Shown here: positions 16,452 to 25,734 of the stretch, piece by piece
Numbering within the stretch: position 1 is the first letter of the stretch
Layout: each line of letters opens with the position of its first letter
From: Ruminococcus albus 7 = DSM 20455
Lineage (GTDB): Bacteria > Bacillota > Clostridia > Oscillospirales > Ruminococcaceae
Direction: 5' to 3'
DNA length: 32,000 nt
Assembly (NCBI RefSeq): GCF_000179635.2
Contig: NC_014833.1
Span: 1,440,001-1,472,000 of the forward strand
Position numbers and translations under genes: made by a program
The notes under the pieces: model-generated
Told to the model about the DNA's origin: nothing
The model's database searches: none
Seen by the model: only the letters and a program-made list of their open reading frames with translations

Positions 16452-18050
16452 TTAATTTGATTTTTTTATATCGACTTCGATATCAAGCTTTTTAGCCTTT
16501 TCAAGCAGCCTGTTGATCGGGTTTTCCTTATCTTCGGGCGATACATTTTTTGCCGACTTAGCTTTGATATTGAAGGTCTGTCCGAAGTTTTCCTTCAGCA
16601 CCTCGCTGATTATGGAGTGTGCATTCAGTTTTTTGAATTGCTGGAAGAAAAAGTCATTGTCTACTATTATGAACACCGTACTGCCGCCGATGAATGCATT
16701 TGATTTCCGTAAAAATCCACTTATGGCAGGATTTCTGCGGCTTATCTCATCAACGATGCCCTCCCAGTTTTTCAATGGCTGAATCTTTGAAGGATCCATC
16801 TTCTTGAAATCGGGATCGGGTTCGGGCTTTGGCGGAGCTTCAACTTCCTGCTTCGGGATATCTGCCACAGCGCCGCTGCGTACTGCATCTTCAAGTCTTG
16901 CAATGCGTTTGAGCAGTTCACCGTCGGGCATACCGGGCTGAGATACAGCCGCAGGTGCAGCTTTGCCGAATGAGGAAGTGCACAGCCTTATGACGCACAT
17001 TTCAAGTTCTATCCTCTTGGAAGTGCTTCTTGCCAGCTTGTCCGAACTTTCCTGTAAAAGGGAAATACATCCCAGTATCTCGTTCAGGGACATCTTATGT
17101 GCGATATCCTCTATACGCTTCATTTCATCGGGAAGACAGGTTATAAGCTCTCTGCCGTTATCTATTGTAGCCGCCAGCATCACGTTCCTCATTTGTTCGA
17201 GGAGCTCGCCTGCCAGCACTTTAAGGTCTTTGGACATTGAATGCAGCTCGTTTATTCTTTTTAGTGCACCTGCTGCATCCTTGTCTGCTATGCTTTCGAG
17301 TATATCAAACAGGTAATCCCTGCCTGCGATACCCGAAGCGTTCGATACCGTATCTATCGTGATATCATCCGAAAATGCCACACACTGATCCAGCAGCGAA
17401 AGCGCATCTCTCATGCCGCCGTCGGAAAGTCTTGCTATAAGTTCAGCCGCATCCTCATGGAGAGTGAACCCCTCCTGACCTGCGATATACGTTAGTCTTG
17501 CCACGATATCCTCGGTCTTTATACGGTTGAAATCAAAATGCTGACATCTTGATACTATTGTCGCAGGGACTTTCTGTATCTCCGTGGTCGCCAGTATGAA
17601 CTTTACATGGGGAGGCGGTTCCTCCATAGTTTTCAGCAGAGCGTTGAACGCCCCTACCGAAAGCATATGCACCTCGTCGATGATGTAAACCTTATATTTA
17701 CACATCTCGGGTGTGAACATAACGCCCTCACGCAGTTCTCTTATATCGTTGACGCTTGCATTGGATGCCGCATCTATCTCTATGATATCACCCAGTGAAC
17801 CGTTATCTGCGGCTTTGCATATCTCGCATTCACAGCATGGCATACCGTCCTTGCCGTGTTCGCAGTTCACTGCTTTTGCAAATATCCTTGCGCAGGTGGT
17901 CTTACCTGTGCCGCGTGAACCTGTGAACAGATAAGCGTGTGCTGTTTTACCGCCGATTATCTGGTTTTTAAGTGTGGTAGTGATGTGAGGCTGAGATACA
18001 ACGTCGTCAAAGGTCTTTGGACGCCATTTTCTGTATAAAGCCTGATACAC
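16452..18050 (-). CDS. dnaX: DNA polymerase III subunit gamma/tau
   Basis: Walker A (GSRGTGKTT), zinc module (CEHGKDGMPCCECEIC), Walker B (IIDEVHMLS), sensor (SRCQ). GTG start with a GGGAG RBS. Confidence 0.95.
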   Translation of the reverse strand: MYQALYRKWRPKTFDDVVSQPHITTTLKNQIIGGKTAHAYLFTGSRGTGKTTCARIFAKAVNCEHGKDGMPCCECEICKAADNGSLGDIIEIDAASNASVNDIRELREGVMFTPEMCKYKVYIIDEVHMLSVGAFNALLKTMEEPPPHVKFILATTEIQKVPATIVSRCQHFDFNRIKTEDIVARLTYIAGQEGFTLHEDAAELIARLSDGGMRDALSLLDQCVAFSDDITIDTVSNASGIAGRDYLFDILESIADKDAAGALKRINELHSMSKDLKVLAGELLEQMRNVMLAATIDNGRELITCLPDEMKRIEDIAHKMSLNEILGCISLLQESSDKLARSTSKRIELEMCVIRLCTSSFGKAAPAAVSQPGMPDGELLKRIARLEDAVRSGAVADIPKQEVEAPPKPEPDPDFKKMDPSKIQPLKNWEGIVDEISRRNPAISGFLRKSNAFIGGSTVFIIVDNDFFFQQFKKLNAHSIISEVLKENFGQTFNIKAKSAKNVSPEDKENPINRLLEKAKKLDIEVDIKKSN

Positions 18051-18065
18051 ATTCTCACTCCCTTA

Positions 18066-18270
18066 ATAAAAATCGATCCGACATATAGGCGTGCAGGCGA
18101 AACTGTAACACACGAAACAAACCGCTTAATGCTGCTCGGTTCCCCGCCTGACATGGTTCACAGCGTTTCATTGTACAGGACCCGCACACCCATATCTCGG
18201 ATCGAATCCACGTCCGGATATCTGTTTCTAGTCTTTTTCCGCCGAGGCTTTATATACTTCGTCGGAGTAC
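18066..18270 (-). ncRNA. ffs: Signal recognition particle RNA (ffs/scRNA). Ends are approximate.
   Basis: The minus strand contains the conserved domain IV core CCAUGUCAGGCGGGGAACCGAGCAGC. The flanking helix-5 arms pair (GUGCGGG/CCUGCAC, AAACGCU/AGCGGUUU), and the 5' CCGAC pairs with the 3' GUCGG. It sits in the canonical position upstream of dnaX, has its own promoter and ends in a U tract. Confidence 0.8.
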
Positions 18271-18276
18271 TTGTAT

Positions 18277-18305
18277 ATTATACCACACTTCTTTAGAAAT
18301 TGCAA
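18277..18305 (-). promoter_or_regulatory. Sigma-A-type promoter for SRP RNA
   Basis: Minus strand: TTGCAA (18305-18300), 17 nt, TGG-extended TATAAT (18282-18277). Confidence 0.6.
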
Positions 18306-18365
18306 GTGTTTTTGTGATTTTTTTTCAAAAATATTTTTTTCAGTCTTTAAATACTGTTATACACT

Positions 18366-18404
18366 AATAAAACAGCCGCGCACAAGGGGAGGGAGCGCGG
18401 CTGT
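18366..18404 (-). terminator. Rho-independent terminator after htrA
   Basis: 10-bp stem acagccgcgc/gcgcggctgt. The minus strand then reads TTTTATT. Confidence 0.75.
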
Positions 18405-18450
18405 ATATATGGTGAAGTGTATTTGCAATAGTTTACTGCAGGCTGAATTA

Positions 18451-19905
18451 TCAGCCGATACCGAAGTACTCAAAGGGGTCTATGCCGCCGAATTCGTCGC
18501 CGTAGCCGTACTGATAGTTTCCGCGGCCGTCCATGTTTCCACGTCCGTCCATGCTGCCCTGATCCTGAGTATCCTCGTTTTCTTCTTTTTCTTCCTCGGG
18601 CTTTGTCTCGTCAACTACTACACTGAGGGTCTTGTATTCGCCCTGTCTGTATACAGTTACATCGATAGTATCGCCCTTGGTGGTCTTTCTGATGGCAGCT
18701 ACCATATCGGTAGAGGACTTTATCTCGGTATCGTTTATCTTGGTCACGATATCGTTCTCCTGAATGCCTGCCTCCTTAGCAGGGGAGTCGTCATTTACAA
18801 CTCTTACCACAGCACCCTCGGGTATACCGTAGGACTGCATATCGCTGTTTACTGTCTCAACTGATACACCGATGTAAGGCTTAACAACATAGCCGTTCTC
18901 GATTATGCTGGTAACTATATCCTTTACAGTGTTTATAGGTATAGCAAATCCGATGTTGTCGATAGAAGCCTCAGTGCTTGAATTGCTTGAATATTTAGCG
19001 TTTGTAACGCCAACTACCTCACCGTACATATTGAACAGTGCACCGCCCGAGTTGCCGGAGTTTATAGCACAGTCAGTCTGTATCAGGTTCATCATAACTG
19101 AATTGGAGGTGGTTATCTGTCTGTCCATAGCACTTACTATGCCTGAGGTAAGTGTGAAAGTGAGTTCACCCAGAGGGTTGCCGATAGCTACTACGTTATC
19201 ACCGACACTGAGGGCTTCGGAATCTCCGAGAGTAACAGTTTCAAGATCCTTTGCGTCTATCTTCAGCACTGCGATATCGTTGCTCTCGTCGCTTCCGACT
19301 ATCTCAGCATCGTAGGAGGTGTTATCGTATGTAGTTACCTTTACCTTGTTAGCGCCTTCGATAACGTGGTGGTTGGTAACTATGTATCCGTCATCGGTGA
19401 TAATAAAGCCCGAACCGCTTGCTGCGGCAGTGGTCTTGTAGCCGAAGTAGTTAGTGGTTATCTCAGTGGTTATGCCGACAGTTGAGTTTACGTTCTTCTT
19501 GTATACCTCAGAAGCGGTCAGCTGATTTCCGTCTGTCTTAACTGTCTGTAAAGAAACAGCCTTCTCACCTGATTCAGCAGTCTTGATAACAGCCTTGGCA
19601 GGTTCTGAACTGCTTTCTGTACTGCCTGATCTCTCGGTATCAGCCTTAACTGATTTTGACTGCGAAGAAGCAGCGTCATTTCCGAGATACTTGAGTGCCG
19701 CAAATGTGCCGCCTGTACCGAGTGCACCGCCCAGCAGGCTGAAGCTTATAGCAAGTGCTGCTATGCGGAGCTTGCTGTTGTTCTTCTCGCGGGGCACAGC
19801 CTGTACTGCAGGTGAAGTGTATCCTGCGGTGTTGTAAGTGCTCTCGCTGTTTATTTTTTCGTTATCGTTTGGTGTGTAAACATTTTTGTTTTCCATGTTA
19901 TCCAT
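18451..19905 (-). CDS. htrA: Membrane-anchored HtrA/DegP-family serine protease (S1C) with a PDZ domain
   Basis: N-terminal TM anchor. Catalytic triad His (TNHHVIEG), Asp (NDIAVLKI) and Ser (GNSGGALF). PDZ domain (GIPEGAVVRVVNDDSPAKEAGIQENDIV). Confidence 0.9.
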   Translation of the reverse strand: MDNMENKNVYTPNDNEKINSESTYNTAGYTSPAVQAVPREKNNSKLRIAALAISFSLLGGALGTGGTFAALKYLGNDAASSQSKSVKADTERSGSTESSSEPAKAVIKTAESGEKAVSLQTVKTDGNQLTASEVYKKNVNSTVGITTEITTNYFGYKTTAAASGSGFIITDDGYIVTNHHVIEGANKVKVTTYDNTSYDAEIVGSDESNDIAVLKIDAKDLETVTLGDSEALSVGDNVVAIGNPLGELTFTLTSGIVSAMDRQITTSNSVMMNLIQTDCAINSGNSGGALFNMYGEVVGVTNAKYSSNSSTEASIDNIGFAIPINTVKDIVTSIIENGYVVKPYIGVSVETVNSDMQSYGIPEGAVVRVVNDDSPAKEAGIQENDIVTKINDTEIKSSTDMVAAIRKTTKGDTIDVTVYRQGEYKTLSVVVDETKPEEEKEENEDTQDQGSMDGRGNMDGRGNYQYGYGDEFGGIDPFEYFGIG

Positions 19906-19962
19906 AAGACATACTCCTTTATGATCCTGCGGTCATCGCCGCTGTTTGTTTTCTATGGTTAT

Positions 19963-19994
19963 TAGTATATTTCATTAACTTTAAAACTACTTTA
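19963..19994 (-). promoter_or_regulatory. Candidate activator-dependent htrA promoter: TTAAAG-N5-TTAAAG direct repeat 9 nt upstream of a TATACT -10
   Basis: The minus strand reads TTAAAGtagttTTAAAGttaatgaaaTATACT. There is no recognisable -35 hexamer. Confidence 0.35.
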
Positions 19995-20297
19995 AGCTAC
20001 AATGAAAATGATTTGAAAGAATCTGAAAGTATCTATCACATATCTTTCATTTTACCACTTAATGTGAAAGCTGTGTGAAGATGCTGTCACCCGATGATGA
20101 AAAACGCAGATACCTGTAATATTCTTTGTTTTTTAATAATTTTAAAGACTTTTCTTAATGCGGATATCACTGCATATATGCCGAAGTCTGATCCCGGATA
20201 CCTGTGTGAATATTCTGTAAGCAGAAAAGTGATGCTTAATAATTCTTCATTTTAACTTCTTATATATACTATTAATAAGGAGATGCAGATATCAGCG

Positions 20298-20338
20298 TAA
20301 AAACGGTGCCCCGCACTTATCATGCAGGGCACCGTTTT
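20298..20338. terminator. Bidirectional rho-independent terminator (ends the ger operon on the minus strand)
   Basis: Stem aaaaacggtgccc/gggcaccgttttt, so A/T tracts lie on both sides. Confidence 0.8.
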
Positions 20339-20477
20339 TAAGGAAGTTTAGAAAAAATATATGAAGAAAAAATATGAAGCATTCTCTGTTGATGTTAATA
20401 TAATAACCCTGCACTGTGAAATCTGTGTGATAGAATACAGAATAATATCAAAAATCACATAGCGATGTTTTTCTGCT

Positions 20478-21587
20478 TTATACCACCTTTACCGACACAT
20501 TCACATATATATCCACAGCAGCCGTCAGTTCCCTGACATCGTACCTTAGCCGTATCCCGGGAAAACGCTGTCTTATAAGCTGAACTGTCCCGAAGATGTC
20601 ATCACCTCTGCTAAACATTTCTTCCTGCAGACCGAAGCAGTTCCTTTCAAGTTCGTGTGCTGCAGCGGTACTTAGTCTGCGGCTCTGTTCCGGGTCAAGC
20701 TCGCGGTCGGGTCGTGCTGATACAGTTATATATGTGCGAAGTATCAGCCTGCCGCTTTCTATACTGATATTTCGCCGCCTTTTACAGCTGTCAAGCTCCG
20801 ATGTGATATCTATCCCGTCTAGTTCAGTAACTATCGTTCCCTTTTCAGCCTTGCCCGAAAGCAGTGCCGCACAGAGAGCCTTGTCCTCATTGATGACAGT
20901 CATATCACCTTTTGAAAATACTGCCGTTCCTGCAAGTCTTACTGACTTTGACAGCGAAGGCTGTTCGTCACCGCTGTCCGTATCGGTAACAGCAAGCACA
21001 GGCATGACGGCACAGCCCTCGTCTGAAAGAAAGCTTTTCAGGTCACAGCGTATTGTACGCGAGTATTCAGCGGAAGTTTTCAACAGGCTGTACAGCGCCT
21101 CTGCAGAAGTCTCTTCCTCGGTCAGCTTCAGCTCCATAAGCTTCTCAGCCTTTCCCTCAGACATACACAACTCTGTAGAAGGGCTGATATGCGTGCTCCC
21201 CGTCGCAAATGCGAAAAGCTCATCGTGTTCTACTCCATTCAAGCCTTTTCCAAGACATATCAGCTGTAGGTGTCCAAAAAATAACTCTTTCCCTGTCTTG
21301 CTGCCTGCCGCAGCTATGGCTTCGCTGATAGTCCTGCCCTCGCTCACAGCCACAGCGATGTTTGCACCTGTAACATCAACTGCGGTATCCGAGCCCATTC
21401 CTGCAGGCTGAAATATCTGCAGTGATACCCTATATCCCTTTGCTGTGCGGTCTATGCCTATGGCATGAACTATCCCACGTCTGTCGATGCTTATGCTCCT
21501 GCCGTGTGATGACAGCAGTATGCAGCACATGACCGCTGCTATCAAAAGGTAGAAAAATCTGTCGGAAGTCATTGAGATCTTTTTCAT
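20478..21587 (-). CDS. Ger(x)C family spore germination protein
   Basis: Third gene of a gerA-type operon. Size (369 aa), N-terminal hydrophobic anchor and GIVHAIGIDR motif fit GerAC-like proteins. Confidence 0.75.
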   Translation of the reverse strand: MKKISMTSDRFFYLLIAAVMCCILLSSHGRSISIDRRGIVHAIGIDRTAKGYRVSLQIFQPAGMGSDTAVDVTGANIAVAVSEGRTISEAIAAAGSKTGKELFFGHLQLICLGKGLNGVEHDELFAFATGSTHISPSTELCMSEGKAEKLMELKLTEEETSAEALYSLLKTSAEYSRTIRCDLKSFLSDEGCAVMPVLAVTDTDSGDEQPSLSKSVRLAGTAVFSKGDMTVINEDKALCAALLSGKAEKGTIVTELDGIDITSELDSCKRRRNISIESGRLILRTYITVSARPDRELDPEQSRRLSTAAAHELERNCFGLQEEMFSRGDDIFGTVQLIRQRFPGIRLRYDVRELTAAVDIYVNVSVKVV

Positions 21588-21588
21588 A

Positions 21589-22656
21589 TCATGCCTCCGT
21601 TCCCCTGTATGCGGTTTTCTGACCGAGCAGTATATAAGCAGGAAGTATCACCGCTAATATTATAATAGGTGTGATCAGACGATGTGAGTATACCACTTTT
21701 TCCCAGCCGTAGCAAAGCAGCAGCGGAAGTGCTGCAAGCGCAGGCAGGATACCGCATATCATAGCGCTTGGAGCTATCCCTGCCGACGGACGCAATAACC
21801 TTAAACATCGTGCGGCACAGTGTACAAGCACCGTCAGCTTCACAAGTCCCGTGATGACCCATATAAAAAGGAAAACAGCATCGCTGCGCTCTGTTATCAG
21901 GTTCTCTGACGAAGCCGCCAGGCTGAATACAGGCAGTTTCCACAGCATACCGAAATTCCCGAAGACAGCTGTTGTCATTCCGCTTATTGCCAATAGTACC
22001 GCGGCTTTTGCTGATATGAAGAACTTTGCTGTTTTCTGCGGATCGCCGGAAATATCACCGCATAAGAAACAGAAGATCACCAGGCATCCGCAGCGTGAAC
22101 TTTCTGCCATTACTGCCTTTCGTATATCTTTTGCAAGACTTTCCGAAGCAAGGTCGAATCTTGTGATATCCATATCCTCTGCTGCCCCCATAGCGATGAT
22201 CACCAGCATTATGATAACTCCTGCAAAGGCGATAAAAGCGGTGCGGCCAATGGCAGTGATCTCCAGCCTTGCGGAGCATACAGCAGCCAGTGCGATACAC
22301 AGTACTATCATAAACCTTGGCATATTGGCAGAGAAGAAATAATCGGTAAAGTAAGCCAGATCTCCGATGACCCGGAAAGCATCATATAAAAAGTATAACA
22401 TGAATGCCGCAGTCACTGTTATGCCGAAGTACTTGTTCCTTTCGTACGCAAGCCTGCACGGAGAACGTCCTGTACGGGCAGCGAGTTTTGCTGCAGGCAC
22501 AAGCATCACAGCCTGCAGGGCAGTTGATATAACAGATCCTGTCATATAGATCAGACCGCCTGCTGTCCCGGGCGGAAAAATGGTCATTGTAGTGAAGCTT
22601 CTTGCGCACAGCAGTATGCATATAAGCGCTGAAGGGGATATCTTTTCTTTAGTCAT
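21589..22656 (-). CDS. Spore germination protein, GerAB-type (APC-superfamily permease-like)
   Basis: 355-aa polytopic membrane protein lying between the GerAA-like and GerAC-like genes. Confidence 0.75.
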   Translation of the reverse strand: MTKEKISPSALICILLCARSFTTMTIFPPGTAGGLIYMTGSVISTALQAVMLVPAAKLAARTGRSPCRLAYERNKYFGITVTAAFMLYFLYDAFRVIGDLAYFTDYFFSANMPRFMIVLCIALAAVCSARLEITAIGRTAFIAFAGVIIMLVIIAMGAAEDMDITRFDLASESLAKDIRKAVMAESSRCGCLVIFCFLCGDISGDPQKTAKFFISAKAAVLLAISGMTTAVFGNFGMLWKLPVFSLAASSENLITERSDAVFLFIWVITGLVKLTVLVHCAARCLRLLRPSAGIAPSAMICGILPALAALPLLLCYGWEKVVYSHRLITPIIILAVILPAYILLGQKTAYRGTEA

Positions 22657-22723
22657 AATCAGTCCGTTCTGTTGTACTTTTGGTTCTCTGTAAAGATTTT
22701 ATTTGTCCTGAATATTGTACACA

Positions 22724-24193
22724 CTATCTTCTTCCCGTTACAGTTGAATGTCGTTTCGCAAGCTCGCGGAAACCTGCACGTGAGAATATGTCGGTAATAC
22801 CGTGAGGCTGCAAAGGCAGCAAGGGGGAAGTGTATGGGGCGTTGTACTGTTCAACTGCAGAGATATTGAACGAAAGGAGAGCGGCAGCAACAGCTATGCC
22901 GTAGAGTCCGCCCAGTCCGCCTGCCAGGATAAAAACCAGCCGCAGTACGGATATTGCAGGGTAAAGGGATGGCAGCACGAATGATGCCGTCGCAGTCATG
23001 CCGACGACTATCAGCAGCGGTTGGGATACCATGCCGCTTTTAACAGCTGCATCACCGATGATAAGTCCGCCCACGATGGATACAGCACCGCCTACTGACC
23101 GCGGCAGACGTACACCTGCCTCGCGCATTATCTCGAATAATACCATTAGCAGCAGCATTTCCACCGTAGGCGGATATGGGGTCGCTACCTCGGCTGCGGC
23201 AAGGTTGAGCAGCAGTTTCAGCGGGAATACTTCTGGGTGGAACATTACAAGGGCGGTATAAAGACCGGGCAGCAGCACTGCCAACAGAAATGATATATAC
23301 TTTATCCACCTCGAAAATGCCGCATAATAAGGCTTTTCACAATAATCATCCATTGTTCTGAAATTATCCGCGAATACCGCAGGCAGCAGTATACAACCGG
23401 GCGTGCCGTCGATAATGACCAAAATTTTACCCTCGTTCAGGGCGGCACAGGCAGTGTCGGGACGTTCTGTCACTGTTACTGCAGGAAATACAGAACGGCT
23501 GTAGCTGTTATCAATAAAAGGCATAAGGTATCCTGCATTCAGGATAGTGTCCAATTCTATGGACAACAGTTTCTGCTTTATTTCTTCTGCGGTCTTCGGC
23601 TCTGCCCGACCATGGATATGTGCGATACATACATCGGTCTTTGAGAGTTTTCCGACCTGCATTATCTCAAAACGAAGATCGGCGGTTTTGAGCCTTCGCC
23701 TTACAAGGGACATATTAGTGCGCAATGTTTCGGTGAAGCTGTCACGGGCGCCGCTGATAGTCTGCTCGGTTTCGGGCGATGATACTGTACGCTTCTCAAA
23801 TCCCTGTATCCCAAGGCAGACAGCCCGCGGCACGCTGTCGGTGAGTATCGCCGCAAATCCCGAAAACAGCAGTTCTGAAAGTGTGCCTATATCCGTGACG
23901 ATCTGTCTGTCGGATGTCATCAGGCTTCGTTTCTCAAGAAAATCTGCTACCTCGGCGGCTGTTCGTTCTTCTTCGGAAAATTCTGTCATGGGCGCGTATA
24001 CAAGTTCAGCCAAAAGCTGAGAAGAAGCCATGCCCTCCACTGATAATACGGCGCACTCGGTTTTGCCCATTGATATGGTGATCGTGTTAAGGTCGGCGGT
24101 GTTGCCAACTGCGTTCCTGATGAGTTCAAGGTTCGTATTAAGGTCTGTCCGAAGCAGCTCGCTGTGTATTTGTCCCTGATCTGGTATTTTCAT
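22724..24193 (-). CDS. Spore germination protein, GerAA/KA-type
   Basis: The N-terminal soluble domain plus C-terminal membrane domain (PYPPTVEMLLLMVLFEIMREAGVRLP, GGLIIGDAAV) are characteristic of GerA subunits. ATG 24193 has an AAAGAGGTG RBS. The ORF-track start at 24214 lacks one. Confidence 0.85.
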   Translation of the reverse strand: MKIPDQGQIHSELLRTDLNTNLELIRNAVGNTADLNTITISMGKTECAVLSVEGMASSQLLAELVYAPMTEFSEEERTAAEVADFLEKRSLMTSDRQIVTDIGTLSELLFSGFAAILTDSVPRAVCLGIQGFEKRTVSSPETEQTISGARDSFTETLRTNMSLVRRRLKTADLRFEIMQVGKLSKTDVCIAHIHGRAEPKTAEEIKQKLLSIELDTILNAGYLMPFIDNSYSRSVFPAVTVTERPDTACAALNEGKILVIIDGTPGCILLPAVFADNFRTMDDYCEKPYYAAFSRWIKYISFLLAVLLPGLYTALVMFHPEVFPLKLLLNLAAAEVATPYPPTVEMLLLMVLFEIMREAGVRLPRSVGGAVSIVGGLIIGDAAVKSGMVSQPLLIVVGMTATASFVLPSLYPAISVLRLVFILAGGLGGLYGIAVAAALLSFNISAVEQYNAPYTSPLLPLQPHGITDIFSRAGFRELAKRHSTVTGRR

Positions 24194-24220
24194 ATTCCGT
24201 GACACCTCTTTCATGTTAAG

Positions 24221-24249
24221 AAGTATTTCACGATTTTATAGGATTATTC
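24221..24249 (-). promoter_or_regulatory. Possible forespore (sigma-G/F-type) promoter for the ger operon
   Basis: Minus strand: GAATA, 17 nt, AATACTT, against the consensus GHATR-17/18-CATxHTA. Two mismatches in the -10. Confidence 0.3.
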
Positions 24250-24255
24250 ACAGGC

Positions 24256-24285
24256 ACAAAAAAAGAGGACAGCGAACTGTCCTCT
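24256..24285 (-). terminator. Rho-independent terminator after pntB
   Basis: Stem agaggacag/ctgtcctct, loop cgaa. The minus strand then reads TTTTTTT. Confidence 0.8.
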
Positions 24286-24303
24286 TAAATGTACTGTATG
24301 ATA

Positions 24304-25734
24304 TTATTCCTCAAACTCACTGACCAGCTGAGCCACAGTATTCTTTGCATCACCGTAGATCATAACAGTGTTGTCATTTGTGAACAGCGGATTCTCAACA
24401 CCCGAGAAACCTGTACCCTTGCCGCGCTTCAGCACGAAAACTGTCCTTGCCTCGTATGCGTTGATTATGGGCATACCGTAAAGAGGAGAGCTCTCATCGT
24501 TGATCGCAGAGGGATTTACAACGTCGTTTGCACCGATAACAATGGCAACATCGGTGTTTGACATCTGCGGATTCATCTCATCGGCAGTTTTCAGCTGCTC
24601 GTAAGGTACGTTTGCCTCCGCAAGAAGTACGTTCATGTGACCGGGCATACGTCCTGCAACAGGGTGGATAGCAAAGTTTACCTCAGCGCCGTTTGCCTCA
24701 AGCTTGTCGCAAAGCTCCTTGACTGCGTGCTGTGCCTGCGCAACTGCCATGCCGTAACCGGGGATGAATACTACACTGCTTGCAGCTTCAAGAATAAGAT
24801 ATGCATCTTCAACAGACATGGATTTCGGCTCTTTCTGCTCGCCTGCTGCACCCTTCTTGGCAGCACCGAAGCTGCTGAAAAGCAGTGCGTAAAGTGTTCT
24901 GTTCATAGCCTTGCACATGATGAGGGTCAGGATAAGTCCAGATGTACCTACCAGACAACCCGAAACTACCAGCACGGAGTTTGAAATGGAAAGTCCTGCG
25001 AATGCAGCTGCAAGTCCCGAGAATGCGTTCAGCAGTGAGATTATAACAGGCATATCGCCGCCGCCGATAGCAACTACCATGGTCAGACCGAGTATCAGGT
25101 ATGCCGCTGTAACAATGATTATACCAATGTTTCCGAGTGATGCATCAACAACACCCGCGATGCTCAGCGAGTAGATAACTACTCCCACAAGACCAACGAC
25201 TGCCAGCAGACCGTTTATTGCGTTCTTTGCAGGTATGGTCACGTTTTTCTTGAACATCTTGCCGCTCAGCTTTCCCCATGCAACTATGGAGCCTGTGAAT
25301 GCTATCGCACCTATTGCTATGGTCAGACCAAGGGCTATTGATGAAAATATATTTATATTATCATCGGTCATGTACTGTGTCAATGCGACCAGTAAACTGG
25401 ACAGTCCTCCGAAGCCGTTGAACAGTGCAACCAGCTGAGGCATACCTGTCATCTCGACCTTCTTTGCCCATACAGCACCTATGGCACCGCCGAGAACTAT
25501 GGCTGCGACCACCCATACATAGGCGTTCTGCGCCGGACCGTAGGTTATCGTTGATGTCACCTGCTTTTCAAAAAGCACTGTAACTACTGCTATAAGCATA
25601 CCCACCGAGGACATCAGATTGCCCTTTCTTGCGGTGTCTGCCTTACCAAGAAGCTTTATGCCTCTTATAAAAAGTACGGACGATATCATGTAGAATATTG
25701 TCGTACACACTGTGCGCAAAGTATCTGTATTCAC
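24304..25734 (-). CDS. pntB: NAD(P) transhydrogenase subunit beta
   Basis: Polytopic N-terminal part plus a C-terminal NADP(H) domain (IPGYGMAVAQAQH, VIGANDVVNP). Confidence 0.9.
   Translation of the reverse strand: MNTDTLRTVCTTIFYMISSVLFIRGIKLLGKADTARKGNLMSSVGMLIAVVTVLFEKQVTSTITYGPAQNAYVWVVAAIVLGGAIGAVWAKKVEMTGMPQLVALFNGFGGLSSLLVALTQYMTDDNINIFSSIALGLTIAIGAIAFTGSIVAWGKLSGKMFKKNVTIPAKNAINGLLAVVGLVGVVIYSLSIAGVVDASLGNIGIIIVTAAYLILGLTMVVAIGGGDMPVIISLLNAFSGLAAAFAGLSISNSVLVVSGCLVGTSGLILTLIMCKAMNRTLYALLFSSFGAAKKGAAGEQKEPKSMSVEDAYLILEAASSVVFIPGYGMAVAQAQHAVKELCDKLEANGAEVNFAIHPVAGRMPGHMNVLLAEANVPYEQLKTADEMNPQMSNTDVAIVIGANDVVNPSAINDESSPLYGMPIINAYEARTVFVLKRGKGTGFSGVENPLFTNDNTVMIYGDAKNTVAQLVSEFEE

Noticed and set aside
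16455-16480. A-run (ATA AAA AAA TCA) near the dnaX 3' end as a possible programmed frameshift site.
   Set aside because: It lies five codons from the stop, so it cannot generate a gamma-like truncated product. No downstream stimulatory structure is present.
20282-20299. Mini-ORF ATG CAG ATA TCA GCG TAA (MQISA) just before the strong terminator, as a possible leader peptide or attenuator.
   Set aside because: The AAGGAG sequence abuts the ATG with no spacer. I could draw no alternative antiterminator structure, and no regulated gene lies downstream on that strand.
20596-21411. 271-aa plus-strand ORF antisense to the GerAC-like gene.
   Set aside because: Extremely Ser-rich, low-complexity translation. 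The opposite strand encodes a recognisable operon member.
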